A stretch of DNA of 58,371 bases, counting the filler, from Bipalium vagum (taxonomy: Eukaryota): NCBI GenBank assembly GCA_037834085.1. It is 3 parts of 3 records of this genome, joined end to end, with 100 filler letters (N's around TTAATTAATTAA, not from the genome) between each part and the next. Parts side by side here need not be neighbours in the genome. Positions count along the whole stretch, not along the records: positions 22,438 to 38,354 come from JBBMKC010138490.1; 2 more parts are not named here. One strand, written 5' to 3'. A program made the position numbers and the translations under genes. Position 1 is the stretch's first letter, and every line of letters begins with the position of its first letter. A model generated the notes under the pieces. It was given only the letters and a program-made list of their open reading frames with translations, ran no database searches and had not been told where the DNA came from. Below are positions 25,450 to 37,290 of this stretch, piece after piece.

Positions 25450-26390
25450 TATGTAGAAATGGTTCGCAAAGGTAGTATCTGAATATTTGGCATTTGTAAA
25501 GATATTACCCAGGATGGAAATTTAAATCAAAGAAGAATAAGTTAAAGTTTCTCTATATCTCGTCAAACTGTAGCAAAAACGATATTAAAAACTATATAGA
25601 TAGTGGAATTGAATATATAAAATCACTTAACTTGAAGAAACGCTTTTATCAAAAAATTATAAATTGACTTTTGAAGTAAAAAGTTTCTGTAATATAACTG
25701 CATGTAAAAACATAATTATATAACTGGAAATAAAATATCAATTCGAAAAATCACAAGATAAAGCCTATTTTTTCTAAAAATTTGAAGAAAATTACGAAAG
25801 ATATGAATTACAAGGAAGAGATTAAATGTAATCCCATCTAAAAGAAATTTTGAGAAAATATAGACGTCAATGCAATATAATCACAAGATGTTTCTAGGAT
25901 TAATATAGATAACCTTGTTTACATTGATGAAACTGGAATTAATTTGCAAGTATAGAAAATATGGTTATTTAACATCCAATTCCAAGGCGTTTTAAAATGC
26001 TGCAGATAATCGAAGAATTAATAACAGTTAACTCGTTGATATTTCAACTTCTGGTGTTGTTGGGTTTACTGCTACAAAAGATGCGTTACAGTACTCTGTT
26101 ATTTTTATTGAAGAAACTCTTGAAATATTTTGAAAGCAAGCCAAAGAAAATTTTAGTTATGGATAATGAAAAATTTCATCATTCTGCAGCTGTGAAGAAC
26201 ATATTACGTGTGAAATATATTGTTATTCTTATTCTCCTCAACTTAAATAAATTGAAGAATTCAGTTTAGAGTTAAAGTGGACAATTTTAGTACGAATAAA
26301 AATTTCCAATGACACTTACTAAGCTTGCCATACAGTTCTGAAAGCAAGAAATACTATCATAACTCTCTTGGAAAGGTATAAAAGAAGTTT
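25450..26390 (+). mobile_element. Decayed Tc1/IS630-like transposase
   Basis: Catalytic remnants LVYIDETGINL, LVMDNEKFHHS and YSPQLxxIEE in order, interrupted by stops and frameshifts. Confidence 0.78.
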
Positions 26391-27164
26391 TATATTTAAA
26401 TGAAAATGTTGAAATTCTTTGTATTTGAATTAAAATGTTAATATACAAATGAAATATCCTGTAATAAGATTATATTTCAATATTATATATTAATAAGAAA
26501 TTAAAAAAGTGAATTTTAAAACCATAAATATTCGAAATGCATTAATATAAAATTATAAATGTTCATTTAATAGAAATATTAAATAGAATATCAGTAATAT
26601 TATAATCAAAAATCTAAGAATTAAATCATAATATAATCGAGATTTTCTATTGCTACATCGAATTTCATCAAAATTATTCATTTTTTATTAAAAAAGGTAT
26701 TCTTAATTTTTATTTTTTTCTATTAACTTTTTTTCGAGGAACCTGAGTTTGATAACTCGGTATTAGGTCTTATTAAATAATTTATTTCAGACCGTTGAGG
26801 ATTTCGAAGTCAAATTATTGAAAATTCAGATTGATAAGTGTGTCGAGCGAGTATAAGTATAGAAGAGGTGAACTATATTAGACCCAGGAGATCTCAAAGA
26901 GGAAATTGATATAAGGGTTACACCATACCAAAATCTCATTTCATTGTTATTTATTTCAGTCATTACTATCATATTGATTCTGAATTCTGTTTGTTTTTCA
27001 TCCCATAATTTATATTCATCGTTTTGTGTTTTTAATTTGAGTATAGCCCTTTAGTAGATTATGTATTGCAATTCAAATTTAATCAATGTAAGTAAAAACA
27101 TTTTTCTTGTGTTAATTATTTTTCAGGTATGTTATAAATGTGAACATTATTGTTGGGTTGTATA

Positions 27165-30100
27165 ATGAATAAAGAATTAGACTTACATGTTTACTGTTCA
27201 GCTTCGCTTACCAAACTAAATCAATCTTTTGAGTCAGGTCAATGGTATGTTTTTGCTAATATTTTCCAAAATATTGAGAATACTATTCTATGAAAGCGTT
27301 TCATCTTATTTTGTTTTTTATTATCTTTTCTCTACTCTTTTTGAGTTATTTCTTTTTGTTATTCTCGACTTAACGCTTAACTATTTTAATGTTACTTATA
27401 TTTAGAGCAAGGAGTTTTAGGTGCAGCACATAAAATGGTTTTTGTACTCTTTTGACTTTTAAAACCTGTAGAACTTTTAATAAAAAGTTTGTAAATATAG
27501 AACCTTTTTTAACTTTCCTTCTTAAAATTGCACTTTTATATAATTTTTTATATGTTTTATACTTTAGTTTAAATATTCAGAATTTTTAATTTTTTAATTA
27601 ATGTTTATCATTTTTTTTAATAACTATTAAATAATATTTTAGAATTTCTAAACCAAACACGAAAGCAACAAAACTATATGAGATTACAAAAGAATATGCA
27701 CATTGTATTAGTACTGACGGATATATCTTAAGGTGGAATTTTTGCGATATATCAATTACAATTGATGGAAAACAACAACTAGCTGGAATGAATCAACATA
27801 TAACCTCTGCAAAACACACCAAGAATAAAGAATGACAGTGTCACAAGTAACAAGCGGCAACAGTTCATGATAAATTCAATAAACAATTCCAATGCATTAA
27901 TTAGGGATGATTTTTTATAAAATAAAATTTTGTTTTGGGATTCCACTTGCTAGGCTTAATAACTGTAATTTGATTTCATACCTGTATAAATATATTGGGA
28001 AGTCTGTTCCCGACGAGAGTATATTAAGAAAATCATACCTTCAATTTCTATCTAAAGAAAAACTGCGACAAATCAAAGGAAAAAAGGATGATGTGACAAA
28101 GATTTCAGACAAAACTTATCAATATAAAAAAATGAATATAGGACGAATATCAAATGAAAAATGTATAATACAATGTAATATTGCAACAACAAAGTAGATA
28201 TGAGTCAGTAATATCGCATCTGATACCGCTACAATTTTTGGTAGTATAATTATGCAGTTAGTCTGATTTTGTTTTAGCATTTCCCAGTAAATGATACTAT
28301 TCATACTCCACCACACAGAAACCATCATCTTTTCTTGATGTCGGTTAGCCTTTGGCTGATATTTTCGATTTGTACCCTTGCCCAACCAGCGCTTTTTGCT
28401 TGAAATGTTGTAGTAACTGCACTTTTCATCAGCCGTAACGAATTTATTCAACCAGTCATACCGACATTTTTTGGATAACAGCATCTTTCATACGTCAATC
28501 CGGTTTTGACTATTGAGATCGGTCAGTTCATATAGGACCCATACATTAAATTTGCTGAGTTTCCTAATACCATGCAACTGACTTTGAATGATGGTATGAC
28601 TAACATCAAATAATTTAGCAAGCTTGCGTGATGTCACTCGTCAATTTTTCGAAAGACACGCAATAGGTCATCGAAAATTGACAATCAATTAATTTTTGGT
28701 TTATCTTAAAGGTCGAATTTTCCATTCCAGAATTTTGAAAACCATTCATATGCCGTAGACCGAGAAATAACTCCATTGCCAAAAGCTTTAAAGAGTGTAT
28801 ACGAAAAAAATGATCGCATACAAACACATGTGACACCTCAGATATAATTGTAAAAATATAGGTAAGCATACACATCTATAGCTGAATCATTAATTTATAA
28901 TAAAGAATCTATAATTTTTTAGTTTCTATAAAATTTAGAAAAATGGTCTCAACAAAAGAAAGTATTCACGAATTAATTGTGCGCAAAAATTATCTCACAG
29001 AGATATTGCAAAAAGCCTAAATTTTGCCAAATCAGCGTTAACACTTTTGCTTAAAAACTTCGATAAACGATTAAGCATAAAAAGAAAAGTTGGAAGTGAA
29101 CGAAAGAAGGGATTTGTCTCAGAGAAACAGGCCAAGGAAGTGGTATGTACATTTCATAAAAATTCCGGAATCTCTATTCGTGATACGGCTAAAAAAGTAA
29201 AAAATTTCGCCTGGTTATCTTCAAAAAGTCCGCAAGGAGGAAGGTCTGAAATCATACAAAGTTTCAATGGTTCCAAACAGAAACGATAAACAGCAGGCAA
29301 CCGCCAAATATCTTTCACGAAAACTGTATGACAATATCCATTTGACTGCATGATAATGGACGACGAATCTTATGTCAACGCAGACTTCAATCAGATTCCT
29401 GGTCAGCTTTTCTAAACTTCAAAGAAGAAAGGCGATGTTGCACCAAAATTTAAAGAAAAAAAAGTGGACAAGTTCGCAAAAAATATTTGGTTTGGCAAGC
29501 AATTTGTAAATGTGTTTTGAAAAGCAGGGTTTTTGTAACCTGTGGTATTATGAACCAAACTATTTATGTTGAGGAGTGGTTGCAGAAACGACTTCTTCTT
29601 ATGTTACTTGTTCATATCGCTCCAGTTGTGTTTTGTCCTGATTTGGCAACATGGACTGGTACAATGAGAATGGGGTCAATATTGTACCGAAGAGTTCTAA
29701 TCCTCCCAATTTTGCGGAACTCCGACCAATAGAAAAATATTGGGCTATAATGAAAAGGAAATTATTGTTAACAAAAAAAACGTGAAAAATGAAAATGAAT
29801 TTTAAAAGGAATGGGTCAAAATATCATCTGAGGTTACTCAAAATGATGTGCAGCACCTAATGGGAAGTGTGAATTCCAAACTTCGATATTTTGCATACAA
29901 TACCGCCAAATAATAAAATATGTAATTTTTTGTAAATATATTTTTATTACGTTTTTGGATATTCATAAATTTTGTGTTTAGCTAAATAAATGCGGATTTG
30001 ATAGCTGTATTTTACCGACCAGTTTTTTTCGTATACACCCTTTACTTATTCTGTCTTGGAATAGACAGCATTTAAACCTGATTTATAATCATAAATAATA

Positions 30101-33100
30101 GAAGACGTACCTGTTCTCGTAACAGATGCGAATTTATATTTGATTTATCAAAAATTTTATATATAAAAATTTGTGCCAAAATATTGTTTATTTAAACAAA
30201 TTATCTATATATAAATTGATATACTTATAGAAGTCAATAAAAAATAAATAATTTTTTTTTATAAGTTTTGTCCGGAAACTTTCTTTGTCAACCCAATAAT
30301 TTAGTTTGTTTTATCCTTGATGAAACTAATGATAGGCAGCAGAACAGGTACGTTTTAAATATACAATATGTATTAGTCTCTCCCTTACAGAAACAGAAAA
30401 TTAAATCAATGGTTTGGAAAACATACTTTCTGAACAAAGTAGACAATTCAAATATTTTTGCAATTTCAATAATAAATGTTTCATTTTGGCCAGAAGGCAT
30501 AGAATATGATTGTTTGTGGATAGTGATCATTGACCAAGCTTCTTACATGTTACTATCTATGTCGAACCTAAAAACAATGTATTATAATTCAAAGCACGTG
30601 AAATGTGTTGCACATGCATTACATTGAGTTTGTGAGACCTTGAAATATTTATGCAAATGATTTAATTTCTTGCATTAAAATAATCTTGATAAAAGCATCT
30701 TCAAGAATACCAAAATATTTATAAATTACAGAGCTCCCTAACCTATCCTTTTCAATTATCATTAGATGGAGTACCTGGTTAAATTCTGTTCGTTTCATTC
30801 GTATTAATTTTCAGCAATTACACTTTTTTGATGCTATGCTAAACAATTTTTCAGCTGTAATAAAGGCCAAAAATTTAGCATGTAAGCAAGAAGTACATAA
30901 TGAGCTTCTAGGTACATATGAAAACTTTTCTGATAACAGCTAAAACTAAATTGGAGGAGCAAAGTTCTGAAAAAGATGTGCATTGGAGCATTTTGGTGGA
31001 TGTGAAAGAAACCACTGAATGATATTGGGAAAAACAAGCTGAAGCAGAGCTTATCAAAAAATATTGTTTATGTTGCAAATAATAATAGAACTTGAATTAC
31101 CGATTACTAAAAATACTTGCACCAGTCGTAATCTTCGACGTTGAATAATCTTTCTCAACTTACAAGTATTTGCTAAGTGACCGGAGATGCAGTCACAATG
31201 AGAAAAGCCTTGAAATAATGAATTTTATTTATTATAACAATTTCTTGACGATTTATAAAATATTGGGCTTGATTTTTTTAGACTTATTTGTAACTGTAAA
31301 TTAATGTATTTGCTATTTTTGTGTAATAATCGAATTCAAAAATTTAATTTTCTACTTTTTAACACATTTATTGCACCTAAAATCCCTAGCTCTATATTAT
31401 AGGGTGTTTTAGAAAAAAACTGATAGACATGAATATGGGAATAAACATAATGAAAATAAATTTAAATACTTTTCAACCATATATTTATTAAATTATATAT
31501 TCTTACAATACACGTTCACAGTATTGTAAGAAATCCATTTCCACGCCAAAAAGTCTTAGCATTAGATTTCAGTTTTCGCATAAGTGCCTGGATATTCTCT
31601 CTGCTGATCTTATATACCTGATTACGCCATTCTTCAAGTTATTTGTTTTAAAATCAGTTCCTTTGATTTTAGATTTGGTGGATTTGCTTTCTTTTAAACT
31701 ATTGGGTTGAGAAATACATAAAAATGGCACGAACTTATTTCTCAACACAATACATTGTTGTCGTTTTTGGCGTAGAATTCTTGAGCTTCTCAACCAAAAT
31801 GATAATTTAACAAATCTGGCAAAAACCATACAGACGCAGTACGGGTCTCAAAAATCGAAGCAGACGTTTCTTTGGACACCCTCTAATGTGGATTTCGTTA
31901 TTAACTGTTCCTTTAACGACAATTTCTTCGCTTTCTGTTTTTTTTATATTTAAATATTTTGTGACATACCTTTATGTTTCCTTATTTCTGTATTTTGGGG
32001 CTAAGTCTGCGCTGTAACTTGATATAAGTCAGCAACGTAGTATATTTCATCCTCCATAATGCATGTCAATTTATAATAATAATTGTATACAATTTTCTAG
32101 TTCATTTCTTGGCTTCTAGTTCTTTATCTTCATCACTATCTAAAACTTTTTGAACTTTGAATGACGTCAAATGAGCACCAAGTTTATTTCTATGAACACT
32201 TGATGCTGATGTTTTAATTATAAAGACCACTTGACACACCGATTAGTTCGGGTTTCTTTGCATTGCTTGTTAAACTTTAGTTTCAATTTTCTTATTTGCT
32301 GCACCTAATTTCTACAAGATCCTTTTTTCCTTTCAATGGTTAAAGTTTGCCGATAAGTTGCCAAAACATTTTAGTGTTGCTGAGAAAGTCTCTTTCGAAT
32401 GTTCCATTGTTAGCGAATGCCGCATCCATTGTGCACACATCTTTCTGAAACCTAAAACTTCAAGTTAAATATGATGTGCTCTACTACTTGAAATGTCAGC
32501 TATATCATCCAAAGTCAGTCGACGACTTTCCAAAATATTATCCTGTACATTCTTTATGATTTCTGGTGTTAAAGCACTTTTGGTTGGTCTTCACGTGGTT
32601 CGTATGCAACACATGTACGACCACTTATAAATTTAGAAACTCATCTTTCTATTGTTCAAATTGAAGGAGAAGAATCCTTATACATTTTTAAGAACCTTCC
32701 ATGATTTTTTTGTTCAAAACCTTCCAAAAATAAGAATTTTATCACTGAACGATATTACAGTTTTTCTATGTTAAAAAAATCAATGATATATAAATTTCAG
32801 ATGTCTTGTAAAGATAGAAAGAATTGACAAATTATCGTTGAAATTTCACACGTGATCATGAAAAGTATTATAATTTTTATAAAAACAAAATGACGAATTT
32901 AATAGCTCAATCTCTTATTGAACAACAAAACTTTTTAACTGGCCTATTTTTTGTGACTTTTCTGAAAAGAAATAATGATGATCAATTCTAGATTTTATTC
33001 AAGCGAAGTACCCAAATCTGAAAGAACAATCTAGACGACTCTGAAACTTCATTTTCATATGGTTTAACAACTCTTGAAATGTTTTGCTCCTCACTATCCA

Positions 33101-34553
33101 GTAAAAAATGTGAAGCTTGACATTAAATTTTTATTCTGGGTGTTTTCGTTAATAAACAGCCATTAATAAACTTAAGTATATTACTAGTGAACCATCCTTA
33201 CGTAATCCCATAAAATATCGATATTCGTTAACTAAAATATATATATATTAATTGTCAATTATAATCATGCTTGCCTCAGTCCCTATCAACCGAAAATAAT
33301 TTGAGATGAAAATAATGATTATTTAAATTTTGTCATTGGGAAAATAATCTGTGGACTTCCAAAAAAGATTTAAGTTTCAAAAAATTTAAAATTAAGAGAA
33401 AAATGACTAAAATTTGTGAATTCAAACACTTAACTGGACACTTCAGCCCCTTTTATTTTCATCATTAATTTCATAAGACTTGGTGCTAGACTTCATGTTT
33501 GACGTTGAAACAACTTTGCATGTATAAAAAAAATATTTCCAGAAACTCCAATTGAATTCAATAATGTTTTTATGATTTTTTTCTGATTTTTCTGTGATAT
33601 TTAAAAATTATCTCGTCATTTAATAGATTATTAATATTCTTGTTACCACACATCTTATTTTATTTATCACAAATAATTATATTACTACATTAAAATTTCT
33701 ATTAAAATAAGAATTATATAGTATAAATGTTTAATATTGTTTTGATTTTCCTCGGAATGAGAGGTATAATAAAATAATCATAATAATAACCATATTAATA
33801 ATAATAATGAAAATAATAAAAAATGTAATTCAATGATAATAATAATAATAATACATAAAATTAAAATATTTTATAAAGAAATTCTCTTCTTTTTATTACA
33901 ACATAAGCTGCAGAAACTAATTAGATAATGACAAGAATAGGGGTTTTTCCAGTTTTAAAATTTATTATAAAATTTAATGTTAGACATTTGTTTTGTCTTT
34001 ATTTTTTTAATATATGCTTATATATATAATAAATTTTTTATTTTACTTTCTATTTATAGAACATTAAACTTTCTATTTTTAAATCATATTTTTTTAAAAT
34101 CAATATCATGATAATAATAATTGGTTAGGGACATTAAAGTTTTAGAGGTTTTTATTTTTTCGGAGTCGCCACAATACTACTAATAAAAATTCTGTAATTT
34201 AGATTCACAAATTTAAATTTTATAATTTTTTATTAGTTACTTAAAATTATAAATAGATGTTAAATTAGTACGTCAAAATACTTTTGATTTATATAGTTAA
34301 TAGTACATTAATTTCAAAAATTACTTTCCATAGGAAAACTCGGGGACCAACTTTTATAGTAGATTCAAATAAAATAGTTCAAAGGGAATGTAGAACGGAT
34401 ATTTATAACATTGCTACTTTAATGATCGAACTCAGTAACACAGATTCTTGGTTATGGTGGTGAACGAAACGCTGTCTCTTAAAAAAAAATAGGATTCTGT
34501 GTATGAACTGCCAAGAACCATGCAAAAGATATTTTGTGAAAATGGACATATGA
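27165..34553 (+). CDS. Hypothetical 88-aa spliced protein; exons 27165-27244, 34334-34459, 34493-34553
   Basis: Manual prediction only. Donor TG|GTATGT and acceptor TTTCCATAG|G match in phase 2, the 126-nt exon is open, and a 33-nt GT..AG intron follows. No recognised family. Confidence 0.3.
28085..30296 (-). mobile_element. Mariner element nested in the hAT and split by a DD37E element
   Basis: TIR rc TTGGGTTGACAAAGAAAGTTTCCGG ends at 30296 plus TA. The N-terminus at 30045-30130 continues at 28790 into AFGNGVISRSTAYEWFSKF, then WVLYELT, VTADEK and KMMVSVWW. The 3' part is deleted and the left end is approximate. Confidence 0.8.
28791..30042 (+). mobile_element. Tc1/mariner-superfamily element of ITmD37E (DD37E) type, decayed
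   Basis: TIRs AAGAGTGTATACGAAAAAAA and rc AAGGGTGTATACGAAAAAAA with TA flanks. Motifs IMDDESYV, VWQAICKC, FCPDLA and PPNFAELRPIEKYW. Confidence 0.85.
31400..31883 (-). mobile_element. Internally deleted Tc1-like element
   Basis: Imperfect TIRs TAGGGTGTTTTAGAAAAAAACTG and rc GAGGGTGTCCAAAGAAACGTCTG with TA flanks; HTH-like N-terminal remnant. Confidence 0.6.
32330..32945 (-). mobile_element. Mariner 5' half, decayed
   Basis: N-terminal remnants, DNILESRRLTLDDIA, and RKMCAQWMRHSLT (WVP-linker equivalent); TIR-like aaaactttttaactggcct. Confidence 0.7.
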
Positions 34554-35384
34554 TCAAGGTACCCTTATTTTATCAAAATAATAATAATTTTGTATATAAG
34601 TATAAAGATCGAAGTCTTTTGGGATCATGTTCTCTTTTTGACCGATCTCAAAATTTTCATGTTAATATTAAATCAATAAGCAACATGGTGATATGTATTC
34701 AGTCCTATGCAATTGTGTTCAATTATATTCAAAGTAACTCTAAATAAACGTGACCATTTAAAAAAAACAACACTTTTGCATCATATTTTTTTCATATTTC
34801 TTTTTGATCTTCACTCAGTTTATTTCTTTTTTCACCAATCTTTGGCAGCGCAGAATACAACAAATACTTATCATTCACACACATAAAAGGAAAACAAAGA
34901 CTTATCTAAGTCTAGAATGGAGAATTTACAACAACCTTAACACATCAGTTCCTAATTATTCCGAAGTTCTGGGTCATAGTTGTGAGGCTAGAAGAGAGAG
35001 GTCCTGGGCACATCATAAAAATCAGTTCCTCAACACACGGGCGTTTCAAAATCTGTCGTTATTAATTTCTATGCAGAAATGAGGAAGAAATGAGATTTTT
35101 TCTTGAAAAATCCAATGAAAATTGAAGAACGTATGTTCTCAACTGTTTAAAGATAACATTTATGTTCATCGAACTGTCAACCACAAGATGAATTTTTTTG
35201 ATAGGGAGACTGGTTCGATTCCCCAAAATGAATTGATTTAAGGGAAAGCTATGATCTCTTGAAATTAAATCTAAATGAATCAATGTGGCGTTAAAATATT
35301 CAATCGAGAAACTGCGAATCAATTTTATTTAATGAATTTGTAAAAAGAAAATTATTTACTTTTGTTATTTTTTTGTGATTCATT

Positions 35385-35462
35385 TCAAGTATATTTTCTG
35401 ACTGGTCAATCGTATCAAGTATGTTTTATGACCGGTCAATCGTATCAAGTGTTTTTTGACTG
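35385..35462. repeat. 30-bp tandem repeat, about 2.5 copies
   Basis: Unit tcaagtatRttttHtgacYggtcaatcgta. Confidence 0.75.
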
Positions 35463-36251
35463 AGTCGGTGAAAAAAGTCTTTTGAAGTTTCTAATAATAG
35501 AAAAGTGGTCTGATTAAAAACAAAAAATAGATTTCAATAAAATTGACTTATACTTTAAGCATTCAATTATTAAAACTGAAGCTAATAGTTCTCAATAATT
35601 CCGTAATTTAAAAGTATATTAAACATAAAACCTCAAAAAATTTTTTATATTTTTAATAATAATAAATAATAATAATCAATAAAAATTTTGATCTAACCAA
35701 TACTAGAACATTAGCATTTGACTGACGTTCATGAATTAATTTAATTGCACTAATTCAATCAATTATATCTTCAGCTGAATGCCCAAAATTGTGATTACCA
35801 GTATGAACAATCATTGCCTTATTCAAAATTAATTGAATTTTATAATTTAAAAATTATACTTTATGAGATATTCCATCCAAATCCCCATTCTAAATTCTCC
35901 ATAAAATATTACTAGTTACATCTTCATAATTTCCAAAATTTAAACAATGAAGTGGTTCAAGAAACTCCTTATATGACATTTTAATAATAGCATAATACTG
36001 ACTATTTATTTATTTTAAAATCATGCTAAAGAAAACTGTATACATTTAAACACGAATCCAACAATAAAGACAATATTTGACTCCGTTTCTTAAAATATTA
36101 TAAACAAAATTAACTATTTCAAATACCTTACTTAAAATACTGACATTAAGCAAATAATTATTAATCTTAATCTAAAAATATTTAATTTTATATAATTATA
36201 TGTCAATTGTAAAAATGTAAATAGTTATTAAAATTTTAAATATAATAATCA

Positions 36252-36480
36252 ATACTTAACAAGGATGCTTTTAAGTACTCCAAATTAAATTAATAATATA
36301 TTTTTTAAAAACTTAAGGAGGATGTTCTTAAGTAGTCCACTTTAAATTAACGTTTTTATTAAAATCTAACGAGGATGTACTTAAGTAATCCACCTTAACT
36401 TAATAATATTTTTATTAAAACTTAAATAGGATGCTTTTAAGTAGTCCACTTTAAATTAATATATTTTTTAAAACTTAACA
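36252..36480. repeat. Tandem array of four ~55-58-bp units with a palindromic core
   Basis: Core variants GGATGCTTTTAAGTACTCC, GGATGTTCTTAAGTAGTCC, GGATGTACTTAAGTAATCC and GGATGCTTTTAAGTAGTCC, separated by homologous AT-rich linkers. Confidence 0.85.
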
Positions 36481-36482
36481 GA

Positions 36483-37290
36483 GGGAGTTTAGATCCAGAA
36501 AAATCAAAAATACTTGCAAACGAACTTCATAAATAATTTAGAAAAACTAAAAATTTCCTAAAAGTTAAAGTTAATAATAAAAATGATATTTGGTCTGCAT
36601 ATCTTACATTTGTTCCTGGAGAAAAAGATTAAAAAATTCTAACAGTTATTGATTTATATACTCGTTTTGCTTTTGTTGTTCCTTTAAAAAATAAAACAGG
36701 CTAATCAATTACAAATGCTTTCGATAAAATACGAAGATTCTAATATAGTTCCAGAAAAACTTTGGGTTGATAAAGGTACAGAATTTTACAATAAAATATT
36801 TAAGGAATTTTGTGATGATAATGAGATTGAATTTTACTCAACAGAAAATGAAGGAAAAGCAGTGGTAATAGAAAAATTGAATATAACCTTAAAATATTTT
36901 ATGTTTTAAAAATTTATTGAACAGAGAAATTTAAAATAGTTACATTTATTACCTCAATTAATTAATTTTTATAATAATAAAATTCACTCATCAATTGGAA
37001 TGAGAAAAAAATTCTGAGAAATTGAAAACTGACGCAATTGATAAAATTTCCCTTGTTTCTCAATTATCTTTAAATCCTAAATTTCGAATTGGAGATAAAG
37101 TTCGAACTTTTAAATATAAAAATAAATTCGAAAAAGATACATAGAAAAATGGACAAATTAAATTTTTTTATTAATGAAATTTATTTTACTAATCCAATTG
37201 TATGTGGAATTCTTGATAAAAATAGAGAAAAGATTTTAGATAGAGATTTTCTGAGAATGAATTGCAGAAAAGTAGTTTCCTATAAAATGT
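36483..37290 (+). pseudogene. Polinton/Maverick-type retroviral-like (rve) integrase pseudogene
   Basis: LANELHK, NDIWSA, LTVIDLYTRFAFVVPLKNKTG, PEKLWVDKGTEFYNK, YSTENEGKAVVIEKLN, YNNKIHSSIGM and PKFRIGDKVR, with several stops and frameshifts. Confidence 0.88.

Larger units (their letters stand above)
27403..31394 (+). mobile_element. Decayed hAT-superfamily element (CGGBP1-related type) carrying nested insertions
   Basis: TIRs TAGAGCAAGGAGTTTTAGGTGCA and rc TAGAGCTAGGGATTTTAGGTGCA. Transposase remnants in order: SVPDESILRKSYL, ILDETND..RYVLNI, IDQASYM, HVKCVAHALH (CxxH), IRWSTWL, and a dimerisation-domain tail. No 8-bp TSD recognised. Confidence 0.82.

Noticed and set aside
36252-36480. CRISPR-like array of palindromic repeats
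   Set aside because: The linkers are homologous to each other rather than unique spacers, the repeats are degenerate, there are no cas genes, and the context is eukaryotic.
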